Both the position numbers and the translations under genes were made by a program. From IMG/VR virus record IMGVR_UViG_3300035696_000009: a stretch of DNA of 64,000 nt; one strand, given 5' to 3'. Origin of the DNA: an uncultured virus (IMG/VR IMGVR_UViG_3300035696_000009) (Duplodnaviria; Heunggongvirae; Uroviricota; Caudoviricetes). The notes below the pieces were generated by a model. It was not told where the DNA came from, made no database searches, and saw only the letters and a program-made list of their open reading frames with translations. The first letter of the stretch is position 1, and each line of letters begins with the position of its first letter. Positions 37,349 through 48,531 of the stretch are shown here, in pieces.

Positions 37349-37990
37349 TCAGAGGTCGAAGACGAGCGGCGGGTTCACCGGGTCGTAGTTCCGGTCGCAC
37401 GTGCACGCGTTCGCGAAGAGGATCTCGCCGCGCTTGCCCATGCTGTGGCCCTGGTGGACGTGCCCGAAGACGTGCGCGCGGACCATCGGGCAGCGGTTCA
37501 AGTACCGCGCGATGTGCCGCGAGCCGAAGTGCGTGTCCATGATGTTGTCGTCGCGGATGCCGAGCGGCGGCCCGTGCGTGACGAGGAGGTCGACGTCGCG
37601 CGGCGCGTGCTCGAACTTGTCGTAGTTCCTGTCCCAGAACGCCCAGCCCGGCAGGTTCGGGACCCACGGCGCGCCGTAAACCTTGATGCTCTCTTCGCCG
37701 ACGTCGAGCACCCGCGCCGCGTCCATGAGCAGGTGCATCCCCGGCCGGTCGAAGAGCGCGATCGATCTTCCGTCGTACTTCGTCTGGCTGATGTCGAAGC
37801 ACTTGTCGTGGTTGCCAGGCACGACGATCTTGTGGGCGTGCGGGAGCGCCGCGAGCCACTGGGCGAAGTCCTCCACGATCTCCATCTCGCCGTTCATCGT
37901 AATGTCGCCGGCGTGGACGAGCACGTCACCGTTCGGGACGTCCACGAACCTGTGGAAGCCGTGCGTGTCCGAGATCGCCACGATGCGCAT
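37349..37990 (-). CDS. metallophosphoesterase
   Basis: SDTHG, HAGDIT, PGNHD, VTHGPP, FGHVH. Confidence 0.92.
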   Translation of the reverse strand: MRIVAISDTHGFHRFVDVPNGDVLVHAGDITMNGEMEIVEDFAQWLAALPHAHKIVVPGNHDKCFDISQTKYDGRSIALFDRPGMHLLMDAARVLDVGEESIKVYGAPWVPNLPGWAFWDRNYDKFEHAPRDVDLLVTHGPPLGIRDDNIMDTHFGSRHIARYLNRCPMVRAHVFGHVHQGHSMGKRGEILFANACTCDRNYDPVNPPLVFDL

Positions 37991-38597
37991 CACCACTTCG
38001 ACAAGACGATCATCGCCGTGAAAACTGCCCACACGAGCACGAAGGTCTTGAAGATGAGGAACATGTCGCGCGGCTCGTTCACCGCCGAGAGGAAGTTCTC
38101 CATCTCGCGCTCCTCGTCCGAGAGCGACGCCCACCAGCGGGCCCTCCGCTCGTCGGACTCCCTGCTCCTTCTCGACCAACCAACCATCGCGCGTATTTAA
38201 CCACTGCTGCGAACAATCACATCAGTCGTCGCACGTCGCCATCCGGCGCTCGAGATCGGCCCACGACGAGAGCAGACTCTCGATGCGCCTCGCGCGCTCT
38301 TCGTCGCCGGCGTCCTTCGCAGTGATGATTGAGTCCCTGCACGTGCGCTCGGCGTCTGCGAGGCTGCTCGTTGTTGCGTGGGACACGAGCTTCTTCAGTT
38401 CGTCTCGAATATCGCTCGCCTGCTGCCACAACCTACCGTATCTACTCATGACTACAATGTAGGATAATATCCTACCTGAGTCAAAGTTTCACGAACCGTC
38501 GGGATCCCAACGAAACGGTACAAGCTCGGTCTCGTCACCTTCGTCCCCGCCATCGTCGGGTCGATCGAGCGCGGGCGACGTCCACGGCTCCATGTCG

Positions 38598-39206
38598 TCA
38601 GTCGTAGGGAAGTCGGTCGGAGTGGTCTCGATGGAGGGACCAGTTCTCCCCGTACGCTTTCGCCTTCTCGGGGTCGTGCTCGATGAGACAATTCTCGGCA
38701 TTGGAGTGCTCCGCCGCGTTCGTGAAGTTGAACGACCCCGTCTCGATCCACGCGCCGTCCACGACGACCGTCTTGTCGTGCATAATCTGGTGCTTGCTGT
38801 CGATCCAGACCTTGACGTTGCCGCTCCGGAGCAAGAAGGCCATCGAGCCCTTGGCGGTCTTGTCACTCTTGTCGAGGACGACCTCGACGGAGCCCGCGTC
38901 GCCCAGCTCGATCTTCTTCTTGATGAGGGCGTTCGCGATCGCCTCCGACGTGAAGCCGTACGCCATGAGGTGCACGCTCGACTTGGCGCTCGCGATGAAC
39001 GTCGCGACGGCGTTCTCGCACCCGCCGTTCGGGGAGAAATGCACGCTCCATTCGCTGCCCGGCGACACGACGATGGGGGCCGCGTTCACCGCGATGCCGG
39101 TGGACGCGCTGGGCGCGCTCGCCGAGGATGCCGCGGCGTCGCCGGCCTCCGGGGGCGGGGCGTCCCTGCACGCGAGGAGCGCGAGAAAGAGGGCGAGCTT
39201 CTTCAC
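38598..39206 (-). CDS. PLD-family (Nuc-like) nuclease/phospholipase, lipoprotein
   Basis: LLAC lipobox; FSPNGG; HDKTVVVD...TGSFNFT...NAEN. Confidence 0.9.
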   Translation of the reverse strand: MKKLALFLALLACRDAPPPEAGDAAASSASAPSASTGIAVNAAPIVVSPGSEWSVHFSPNGGCENAVATFIASAKSSVHLMAYGFTSEAIANALIKKKIELGDAGSVEVVLDKSDKTAKGSMAFLLRSGNVKVWIDSKHQIMHDKTVVVDGAWIETGSFNFTNAAEHSNAENCLIEHDPEKAKAYGENWSLHRDHSDRLPYD

Positions 39207-41602
39207 GGGACCACTTTCGTCATCCAGGCGAGGTAGTTCTCGTCGCACTCCTTTTCGTCCCAGCGGCTGCTCTTGCAGACCCAGACGTCGATCTCGCGGA
39301 CCTTCTCGCGAGTCTTGCTGTCCACGACGGGAATCTTCCTCTCCGCGAGGCGCACGAGCGTGAGCCTGTCGCCGACCTCGTGGAACCCGGGCGGCGTCTC
39401 GAGGTCCTCGTGGTAGTCGCTCGTGGTGAACTCGAGCACGCAGCCGGGCCGGAGTGCGGCCTTCACGGCCGCGAGCTTCGCCTTCTCGGCCTCGGTGAGC
39501 TTCGGTATGTACTTGGGGTTGCAGGCGAGGATCATTGCATGGCCCTCACCATGTAGTGCGCGTTGCAGGGCCGGCACTCGAAGCACGTGACGAGCTGCCC
39601 GGCGAAGTCGCCGCCGGCGTGCTCCGGGAACCGGAACGTGTGCGGGCGCTTCAGGACCGCGCCGCACGCGGGGCACGCGCGCGTGCCGTCCGGGAGCCTC
39701 TCGATGGGTTTGCCCGGGAGCTTGCCGGTCTTGGCGGCCTCTTCGAACGCGTCGAGAATCCCCTGCCTCAGACCGTTGCGCTCCTCGGCCGGGATGCTTG
39801 CGAGGGCCTCCTCCATCCCGACGATCTTCGTCTTCGTCATGGCTTCGTTTCTTGCCACGGCCCGAAGAGGTTGTCCCGCGTCTTGCGGATCGCCGCCGCG
39901 ACCTCGCGCGCGCCGGCCGCCCGGCCCGTCCAGTCGTCGTGGCCGCGGGTCCCCGGCTGGAGCAGGCGCGCCATCTCGCCGGCGTGGTGGGCGTATGACT
40001 CCGCGAGCTTGATGGCGTGGTCGCTCGCGATGGTCCCGATGTCGGCACGCGCCTTCTCGAGCGCGGGCCCCATCATCTCGTCCACGAGCTTCTTGCTGTA
40101 GGCGCCGAGCCTGCGCCGCGCCGCGATGTAGGAGACCACGGCGGACGTCCAGCCGAAGCCGGCCAAGAACGCGAGGATGATCGTCGTCATCGCTGGCTGC
40201 TTTTGCGGTCGGCTTCGCGGTCGGCTCTCTTCCAGGGGAAGACGGCGTCCTCGCCGAGGACCTCCGCGGCCTTCTTCATCCACTCCCGGTCGTCGAGGTG
40301 GTACGTGTTGATGGTCCCGAACATCGGGTCGTAGTGCTCGGTGATCTCGAGCACGAGCTTGCGTAGCGCGGCCAGCTCTTCGTCGATGCGGAGCGCTGGC
40401 GGCGCGAACCCGACGGTCTCGAGACGTGACTCGAGGTCGGCCGAGAACTCCGCGTCGACCTTGCGGCGGCGCTCCGCGTATTGCCAGAGGAGATCCTGCG
40501 CCGTCTTGTCGTTCACGCTGAGAGGAACCTTGTCGGCTGGCGTCGATGGGTAGCGGTCGCTCTGGAAGCGGCCGTCCTTGTTGATGTGTGCGCCCATTAC
40601 TCGCTCCCCGTGCGGAGCATGCTGGTCAGCTTCATGTAGAAGCACAAGAGGACGACCACGGCCTGCAGGAGGATGACTCCGTAACCGAGCAGCATGAGGT
40701 AATCGTACGTCTGCATCGGGGCGCCGTCCGTGCGCCAGACGTGGAGGGTGATCACGGCGCCACCCACGCGAGCGGCAGCTCGTCGCCGGGGAACTCGCGC
40801 TCCATCGCCATGCCGCCGTTGAAGCTGATCCAGGGGTTGTCGTCCATGAATTTCTCCGCTTCTTCCTTCGTGTCCCATCGTTGCGCGCTCTGCACGCGCC
40901 CGCCGTGCGCAGCCTCGATGTCCTGGAAGAACGTCCCAGACCTGAACTCGATGACCCAGCGCTTCATCCGGCTCAGCCTAACACCTGCCCGAATCGATCG
41001 CGGGTCGGGCAACCGTCCGCGTGCTGCTTTCTGTAGACGGGCTCGTCTGAGGGGTCGCGCGTCGAGTTGCAGCCTGCGGCGCAGCGGTGAGAGCCCCGAG
41101 CACCCGCGCGTGGTCTTCGACTGGCACCTCGCGCGACGTAGAGATCGTAGCCTCCTGCCGAGAGGGCGGGGGTGGTCCCCGTCACCGACGACACGTTCGA
41201 TTGCGCGTCGAAGAGGGTCGGGTTCGTGGCCTGCGCGGTCGCCTCGGTCGCGATGCCCACGGTCATCGTATCGGAGCCGATGCCCGTGGGCGTGTCGGTG
41301 ATCTGGTACGTGATCGTCGCGCCATCAGGCACCGTGTACGGGCCCACCGCCAAGGCTTGGCCGGCTGGAACCGTCAGACTTTGCTGGTCAAGCAGGTGGG
41401 TGGTGGGCTGTGTTGACGATGGCGTAGTTGCGCACCCTGTTACAAGCGCGAGCGTCATCGTTGCGAGAAGCTGTCCCATCCGTTCCATCATCAGACCCTC
41501 CCGACCATCGTCACGCCAATCTCACGGGCGAGGCAAGCCCTTTCACTCTCGCGGTCGTTCCACCCCAAGAACCGCCTGATCGCGCTGACCATCACGACCA
41601 GC

Positions 41603-42739
41603 ATGACCAAGGGCGACGGGACGAGCGATCGCAACCACGTGGAGGTACGCTTGGTCATCGTGCGACCAGTCGACCTTCAGGCGTACGCCGCCCTCGACTC
41701 CATATTTGCCGCCCTCCGTCCGCAGCCCGTTCTCGCAGGCTTGCCGATTGTCGAACTGTACGATGGCGAGGTCGGGCGCTATCAGCTCGGCGAGGTTGAG
41801 GTGGCACTTGTGGCACTCTCTACCCGCAACCCCGCTGATCTTGATGAGCAGCGAGGCAAGCTATTCGTCGACGGTTGGCACCATTGGGACGCAGCTTGGC
41901 TTGAGCTTTTGGCGTATCAGACGTTCGAAGCTGACGGCGTTCTCCAAGAGACCGGTTGGCCGCTGGACGCGCAGTACGGCGGCTCCCCGCCCTTCGACGG
42001 TGTTATCCGCGACATCTGTGGACGAGGCGAACTCATTGCCTTCGACGTGAAGAGCGCTGCGGGGAGCGGGATTGGTCTGCTCAAGATTCGCTTTCAGCCC
42101 GAGGCCGACCGTTGGGCGCGACGCCACAACCTCGGCGATGTTGACGTGGGTGTGCACTGCCATGGATTCACGCCAACGTGCGAGGTGCTCGGGCCCGAGA
42201 TGCGTAGGATGCTCGGGGCCCAGCGCGTCGCACTTCAACAGCCGGCAACGCTGCCGCACACATTCACGTACGACCTGCAAGCCCTCAGCGGCGCCAGCGT
42301 GACCACAACGATCCAGGCAGCGGGCGACATCATCATGAGCGGCTGGGTCGGCGGCGGTCGCCAAGCCAGCGTAGAAGCCGTGATGCGCAAGCATTTGCGC
42401 GAAAAGGCCGTGTTCGCTGAGCGCCATGGCCGCCCATTCTTTCTGGTATACGTGCGCCCCAGTGGTGCAGGGGCCTCCGATTCCCGACCAGCTGAAGTTG
42501 TGCAGGCCGCGCAGCGCCTGGATGCAGCCCGAGAATCGGATTGGTGGCTGGGCACACTGCTGCTGGATTTCGTCTCTGGCGGAATGGCTCGATACGGGCA
42601 CATGCGTGAAAACGTACGATGGCCGAACGGGTCGTCGGCGTTCACGTTGCAGCGCACCCTGCTCATGATGGAACGCATGGAACGATCTCCTGCGGAACAG
42701 GCGCAGGACTCACTTCGACGCGACGGCGAGACACAGTGA
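41603..42739 (+). CDS. hypothetical protein, possible PD-(D/E)xK fold
   Basis: FDGVI...IAFDVKS; atypical codon usage. Confidence 0.5.
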   Translation: MTKGDGTSDRNHVEVRLVIVRPVDLQAYAALDSIFAALRPQPVLAGLPIVELYDGEVGRYQLGEVEVALVALSTRNPADLDEQRGKLFVDGWHHWDAAWLELLAYQTFEADGVLQETGWPLDAQYGGSPPFDGVIRDICGRGELIAFDVKSAAGSGIGLLKIRFQPEADRWARRHNLGDVDVGVHCHGFTPTCEVLGPEMRRMLGAQRVALQQPATLPHTFTYDLQALSGASVTTTIQAAGDIIMSGWVGGGRQASVEAVMRKHLREKAVFAERHGRPFFLVYVRPSGAGASDSRPAEVVQAAQRLDAARESDWWLGTLLLDFVSGGMARYGHMRENVRWPNGSSAFTLQRTLLMMERMERSPAEQAQDSLRRDGETQ

Positions 42740-42809
42740 ACATCGTCGTCGCGGCTGCATGAACGCGCACCGTTGACTCCCGTTCCCCCGTCGGGGACCA
42801 TCGACGTCT

Positions 42810-43136
42810 ATGTCGAGGTTCGAAGGGCAAAGCGCTTGGAAGGTCGCCCAACGGATCCGCGACAACGAACTACTCCTACCGAACGTCCAGCGCCCGCTAG
42901 TCTGGGAACTGTCGCAGGTCGAGAGGCTGTTCGATTCGCTGTACCAGGGCTTTCCCGTCGGCACGGCGCTGATCTGGCGGACGCGGCAGGTCATCGATTG
43001 TCGTCGCTTTATCGTCAACTTCCAGGACGGCACCACGTTCTACGAGGACCCGTGGCCCGTGGCGGCGACCGGGTGGAAAGAGTACGTCCTCGACGGGCAG
43101 CAGCGCATGCAGGCGCTGTACATCGCGTTCCAGTGA
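42810..43136 (+). pseudogene. truncated DUF262/ParB-like (GmrS-type) domain
   Basis: LPNVQRPLVW, LFDSLYQGFPVG, VLDGQQR, with a stop soon after the motif. Confidence 0.75.
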
Positions 43137-43297
43137 TCGACGACGACCACAGCGTTGGGCGTGGCACCGCGCACGATGCCCTCGGCAACATCGTCGCCGA
43201 CCAGCGCGTCCGCAGTACCTGCGGCAACGTCCGCAAGGAGTGACAACGCGGCCGGTGTGAAGCTGGACGTGGCGATCGAGCGGTACACGCTCGGGGG

Positions 43298-44365
43298 GTG
43301 GCCTTGACTCACCCACCGTCACGAGACTTGAATGCCAATCGCGTGTCTAGTTGGTCTATCGCGATCGCACTAGGCGGAATCACTCTCGCCTCTAGCGCGA
43401 GTTGCACCCCCACGGATGCGACCCCTAACGATGCGGGTAACGATGCGGCCGATTGGCTGGGAGATGGGTATGTCGGATGCCCGGCGAGTTACACTTTGTG
43501 CGGTGGCGAGTGCCTTGAGCCAGGGATGTTGTGTCTCGCGACAGGGCAGAGCGCTCCCTGCGCCATCGCGGTCGACTCGACGAGCGTCTACTGGACGAAC
43601 CAGGGCGATTCAACGACCCCCGGCAGCGGCAGCGTGATGAAGGTCCCCATCGGCGGCGGTAGCGCGGTGATGCTCGCGTCCGGGCAGAACGACCCGTACG
43701 CGATCGCCGTCGACATGACGAACGTCTATTGGACGACCGTCGGCGACGGCATGGTGATGAAGGTTGCGATTGGGGGCGGCAGTACCGTGATCCTCGCGTC
43801 CGGGCAGAACGGCCCTCGAGGAATCGCCGTCGATTCGACGAGCGTCTACTGGACAACCCAACAGGGCGGCAGCGTGATGAAGGTGCCGGTTCAGGGCGGA
43901 AGCACGACGGTGCTCGCGTCCGGGCCTGGCGGCCCGCTGGGCATTGCGGTCGACGCGACGACCGTCTACTGGGCCAACGGCCTCGCGGTCATGAAGGTAC
44001 CGACGGGGGGCGGGAGCCCGACGGCGCTCGCATCGGGGCCGTGCGATCCGCAGTACGTCGCGGTCGACGCGACGAGCGTCTACTGGACGGACCTGTGCGG
44101 CCTCAGCGTGATGAAGGTGCCGATCGGAGGCGGCGGTACGGCGACGCTAGCGTCTGGGCAAGTTGAGCCACTTTTCACGGCGGTCGACTCGACCAACGTT
44201 TACTGGACAACTCCGCAGAGCGGAACCGTGATGAAGGTTCCGATCGGGGGCGGTAGCGCGACCCGCATCGGGGGTGGGGCGGGACCAACGGGCATCGCAG
44301 TCGATTCGACTAGCGTCTATTGGACGGACGTGTCTCCTGGCAACGTGATCCGCGCGCCCAAGTAG
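43298..44365 (+). CDS. beta-propeller (IAVDSTSVYWT-repeat) lipoprotein
   Basis: Seven AVDxTxVYW repeats with VMKVPIGGG. Confidence 0.85.
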   Translation: MALTHPPSRDLNANRVSSWSIAIALGGITLASSASCTPTDATPNDAGNDAADWLGDGYVGCPASYTLCGGECLEPGMLCLATGQSAPCAIAVDSTSVYWTNQGDSTTPGSGSVMKVPIGGGSAVMLASGQNDPYAIAVDMTNVYWTTVGDGMVMKVAIGGGSTVILASGQNGPRGIAVDSTSVYWTTQQGGSVMKVPVQGGSTTVLASGPGGPLGIAVDATTVYWANGLAVMKVPTGGGSPTALASGPCDPQYVAVDATSVYWTDLCGLSVMKVPIGGGGTATLASGQVEPLFTAVDSTNVYWTTPQSGTVMKVPIGGGSATRIGGGAGPTGIAVDSTSVYWTDVSPGNVIRAPK

Positions 44366-44458
44366 CGTTACCGAGCTGAGTGACACCTCACCAATGGGAC
44401 AGCCTACACGTCACCATCACGGCGCGGCGCATGAACGCGAGGAGGTCCCAACCATGAA

Positions 44459-44737
44459 TCATGGCTCTGAGTGCGCTTGCATCCAGTTGTCGAACACTTC
44501 TGGGTATCCACCCCAAGCAGACGTGAAACCCAGCTCCGTTACGAACAGCCGGTCACCGATGTTGAGGACGGGCATCATGTACGCACGGATCTGTGCCGGG
44601 GCATTGGGCGCATAGACCAAGTAGGTCGTTGAATTGACACGCGCCCACTGCCCGAATGCTCTGATCCGAGCGATCACCGCCTCTGTGTTCATCGCCGGAT
44701 GTCTAAGGTCGAACGCGATGAGAAGAAGCTGATTCAT
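44459..44737 (-). CDS. Cas2/VapD-like small ferredoxin-fold protein
   Basis: LLIAFDL...IRAFGQWARVNSTTYLV...GDRLFVTEL; coupled to HEPN gene. Confidence 0.55.
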   Translation of the reverse strand: MNQLLLIAFDLRHPAMNTEAVIARIRAFGQWARVNSTTYLVYAPNAPAQIRAYMMPVLNIGDRLFVTELGFTSAWGGYPEVFDNWMQAHSEP

Positions 44738-45459
44738 TGCACGACCTTCTCGACGTGCTCGGCAATCAGCACGACTAACTTGATGCACTTCTGCGCGTCC
44801 TGTTTTGTGATCGAGTTTTCCATCGGCGGATGGCACGTGAGATCGTAATCGCCTCGATGAGCGATCGAATGTCGTCGCTGCGTGAAGTGCTCCAACTCCC
44901 GCGTCAACACTACCGCGTTCTGTCGGGCAGCTTGGGCCACCTTTTCCATGATGTCCTTGTGGCCGATGAGACTCAACGCCGCCTCTATTTTTCGGCGTCC
45001 CTGGAAGCTTTCGGTGTCGAACTCCGCCTGAAGCCCCTTGTCTACGCGCTCGAGAAAATCGTGCTGCCGCGCGGCCTCCAAGAGTTGCTCGTGAGGCATC
45101 AGGTTTCGTAATCGGTCGACCAGCGCTCCCGGAATTGGCTTCGACGAGTCCAGCAGTTCTCGCACTTTGCTCAGGACAAGCGTCCGCACATAGGCGTCGA
45201 GCGCCGAGATCGCCAATGTGATCGCCGCCCGATAGGCGTCCGCCAAATGCTCCTCCGGCTTCCCTTTTCGTTTGCCCACCGCGGTTTTGTGAATCTTCAC
45301 GAGATTTTCTGCCCGGCGAATACAGAGCTTGAAGACCTCGATCGGCGTCAGTCGTTGCGGCGTTCGGCGAACTGGACTCGCCGGTTGAGGGGGTAAACTC
45401 GGCGAGGTCTTCACGTTGCCGATCTCGTCGGCAGGCGTCGTGCGAGACTTTGGCGTCAC
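44734..45459 (-). CDS. HEPN-domain protein
   Basis: RAAITLAISALDAYV...SFQ...RRHSIAHRGD (RxxxxH). Confidence 0.8.
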   Translation of the reverse strand: MTPKSRTTPADEIGNVKTSPSLPPQPASPVRRTPQRLTPIEVFKLCIRRAENLVKIHKTAVGKRKGKPEEHLADAYRAAITLAISALDAYVRTLVLSKVRELLDSSKPIPGALVDRLRNLMPHEQLLEAARQHDFLERVDKGLQAEFDTESFQGRRKIEAALSLIGHKDIMEKVAQAARQNAVVLTRELEHFTQRRHSIAHRGDYDLTCHPPMENSITKQDAQKCIKLVVLIAEHVEKVVQ

Positions 45460-46364
45460 GAGCGGATACTCGCTCCATCGCCCAAAGAGCGCGAGGCCTA
45501 CACTGGGAGCGCATCAGCAAATTTCATCACGAAACGGGAGCGATGGAAAGTGTAGGATGGCTCGCGCTGCACTGCTCTCCCGCATCCCGCTCGCAGGTCG
45601 ACTTTTGCATCGGGAACCGGCCAAGCGCCACGCGAACGCATGGTTGTTGCCGGCGGAGGACGTTGTAGCCACTGGCTCGCCCTCGGTCGCCCTGCCGTGC
45701 TCGCGGACCACGACACGATCGCGTACGTGGCGCTAACCTTGCGACCTCGACGACGATCACGCGCAGCGCGAACATGACGTCTCCTGCCGAAACATCGCTT
45801 GACGACTTGCTCGCATCGCTCGAGCAGGCCGACGACCGCCTGCGGGCAATCTACACCGAATTGGCCAGCGACCCAGGTATCGCACCGGATCGTGATGCCG
45901 AGCTTCGGGGTCTTCATGCTCGTCGTCGGGAGCTAGCGGAGCGGGTTGGCCTGGAGATGCTCACACGACGACGCGCAAGCGGAGCAGACGCTGTCGACGA
46001 CCGAGGCAACGGTGAAGCCCCGACGCCGCATGACTTTGACGGGTACAGCAAGCCGGTTTCGGAGCCCGTGACTCCGCCACCGGTCGTAGAGCCCGCCAGC
46101 GGTGTCACGCCGCAGGTCGTCACCACCACCCCGGACAATGGCATCGCCGATCACACGACCATGCTCGAACCGCCAGTCGCTGAAGTTCAGAACCAAGGCG
46201 AGGCGACGCATCACATTCCCCTTCCATGTGAGCCCTCGCGACACCTCGCGAGACGCTTTGTGTGTAAGGCTACGCTTCGGGTCGCCCCGTGTCACAACGA
46301 AACCAGTCCGACACGCGAGTGCGACCATGTAGACAAGCGACCGACAGGCAGCGCAGCGTCGCCT

Positions 46365-46922
46365 TCAGCCATTCGACGGCAGCATCTGACCACACATCCA
46401 ACAGGTCCCCGCCGGCCTCACTTGAGGCGTGAGCACCTGCTCGACGTGCGCGTTCGCGAGGCGCGCGACGCGCGCCGCGAGAGCCATCGAGCCATACCGC
46501 CTCGGGTTGTTGATTGCGCTAGCGAGGCGCTGCGGCGTCACTCCGATCAGTTCTGCGATGCGCCTGTACGTGCCATGGACACGCTTCAAGTTCCTGAGGG
46601 ATGCAACGAAGAGACCGTCTTCAGCGACGGTGAGATGCTCGCCATGGAGATTAGTAGCTCCGGCCCGAGCGCCTTCGCACGTGTCGAGAATCGTCTCAAG
46701 CGGAACACCGGCAAGCGCCGCCACCCGCGCGGCGTATGCGGCGGATCCCGAACCGTGGCGAACCTGGTTCACTGTTGTGACGTTCGAACCGAGCGCGCGT
46801 GCTAGGCCGGTCCATGTCGAGAATCGAACTTTGAGTGCTTCCAACGTGGTCAGGAGACGTACATGCTCTTCGCGTGAGAGGTGCCTGATGTGTGGATGGC
46901 GTTGGTACTGTCCCTTGGGCAT
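46365..46922 (-). CDS. tandem HTH protein with C-terminal CWMC
   Basis: Two repeats of L..LK...TW/Y..LA...GS...AARVA.LA.V. Confidence 0.7.
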   Translation of the reverse strand: MPKGQYQRHPHIRHLSREEHVRLLTTLEALKVRFSTWTGLARALGSNVTTVNQVRHGSGSAAYAARVAALAGVPLETILDTCEGARAGATNLHGEHLTVAEDGLFVASLRNLKRVHGTYRRIAELIGVTPQRLASAINNPRRYGSMALAARVARLANAHVEQVLTPQVRPAGTCWMCGQMLPSNG

Positions 46923-47305
46923 CAGGTGCTCTCTTTCGTCATGAGCACCTGGTTGCAAGCCGGACAGCGGTTCGCTGAGCGGATCTGCCCGGTGAGGAGG
47001 ACCTCGACGGGGACACCGGCGAGCGCGGCAGCGCGCACAGCCATCCCCATCGAGCCTGATTTGCCAGTCGTCACCTGATGGAGCGTTCCTTCGGCAACTC
47101 GCATCGCTTCGGCGAGGCGCCACCACGTCCCGTAGCGCTCCGTCTTGAGGGCGCGGAGCGCGACAGCGAGCATCCGGCGATCGTGGTCAGAGAAGCGGGC
47201 CGGGTGCTTCTTCACCTTCGGTGGTCGTTTCTCGGAGTCCTCGGTGACCACGTGAAGGTGGCGCGTTTTGTCAGGTTTCTTGGAGGGGCGTTTGGTGGGT
47301 TCCAT
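46922..47305 (-). CDS. HTH protein with C-terminal CPAC
   Basis: ALRALK...WRLAEAM...AVRAAALAGVPVEVLLTG...CPACN. Confidence 0.7.
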   Translation of the reverse strand: MEPTKRPSKKPDKTRHLHVVTEDSEKRPPKVKKHPARFSDHDRRMLAVALRALKTERYGTWWRLAEAMRVAEGTLHQVTTGKSGSMGMAVRAAALAGVPVEVLLTGQIRSANRCPACNQVLMTKEST

Positions 47306-48531
47306 GTTTCAACTCCGGGCCGAAGCTAAGACGGGAGAATGGAAAAGTGGCCGAAGTAGGCCAGGATGGGTGAAAACAGGCCACCACCTGGAGGGCAGCC
47401 CCCCGTTCTTCTTCGGGACCACGAGCGTGACCACCACGTGTTCGTCGCCCGCGGAGATGGGGACCGGGCTCGCGGGGGTGGCCGGGTGGGTCGTGCCGTT
47501 CGTGTTCGTCTCAGTCGCGCTTGTCGTCATGGGTCTCTTTCTTTTCTTCGCGCCAGGTCTTCCAGATGTGGATGACGAGGTGCACGTGGTGCCACACCGC
47601 GACGGGCGCGATCAAGAGGAAGAGCACGACGCACGCCGGGGTCGCTTTCGGACCGAGCAGCCACGCGAACGCGCGCATCACCCATCACTCTGCACCGGCG
47701 CGAGCCTCCGCCCGTTCACGGCCTCCCGTGCTCCTTCATGATGGCGAGCGCCCTCGCTTCCTTCGGCATGGCCTCGGGGTGGGCGGCCTGGTGCTCCAGC
47801 ACCAGTTTCAGCGCGACCGTGTAGGGCACGCCGATGGCCTCCTGCACCAGGCGCGCGCAGGTCTTGTCGTACTTCTTCGTGGTCACGGCGCGGTCTCCGC
47901 GATCCAGCGCTCCGAGCGAAGGCGCCGCGTGAAGTGCTCGTCGTACCGCACGCCGGCGCGCTCGTACGCGTCCCGGACCATCTCCCGCCCGGCGTCCGTG
48001 ATCGAGAGGTCGCGGTCGTCCGTGTAGCCCCAGTGCTTCTTCCCCTCGACCAGGTACTTCCCGAGGAGGCGCTCGCCGACGCCGGGCGCGACGAGGAAGT
48101 CCAAGACGCTGTGCTCGGACCGCGCGACGCGGACGTAGGGCTCCTCGCTGCGCTGCAGGTTCGGGTGCGGGATGTGGAGCCGCCGCTCGATCTTCCACTC
48201 CCACCGGTCGTCGTAGAGGAGGTCGAGCACCACGAGGTCGTCGGCGATGGGCAGCGCGTTCTCGTACCCTCGGCGGCTCATGGCTCTAGCCCGTGCTTGC
48301 GGATGACGGCGAGCAGGCGCAGCGGCTCGCGGTACCTGAGCTTCTTCGGGCGCCGCTTGACGACCATCAGGTAGTGCCCGATGACGTTCCCGTCGCTCCA
48401 CAACTCGATGAGGGACTCGGCCGAGTCTTCGAGGTCCGTGACCGTGGCCTCCTCGAGCCTGGGCAGGTCGGCGGCCCTGCAGATGCTGCTCTGGAGGCGG
48501 AGGGTGCCCTCCGAGATCTTCATCTTCGCGT

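Noticed and set aside
43560..44340. Nucleotide repeats in this interval as a non-coding array
   Set aside because: Explained by in-frame beta-propeller protein repeats
44459..44737. Linking the Cas2-like ORF to the RAMP cassette as a CRISPR-Cas system
   Set aside because: It is 40 kb away, in a separate island, coupled to a HEPN gene, and the fold is shared with non-CRISPR proteins
40980..46360. Terminal inverted repeats or TSD for the second island
   Set aside because: Only short same-orientation matches (TGTAGAC) were found; no convincing ends by eye
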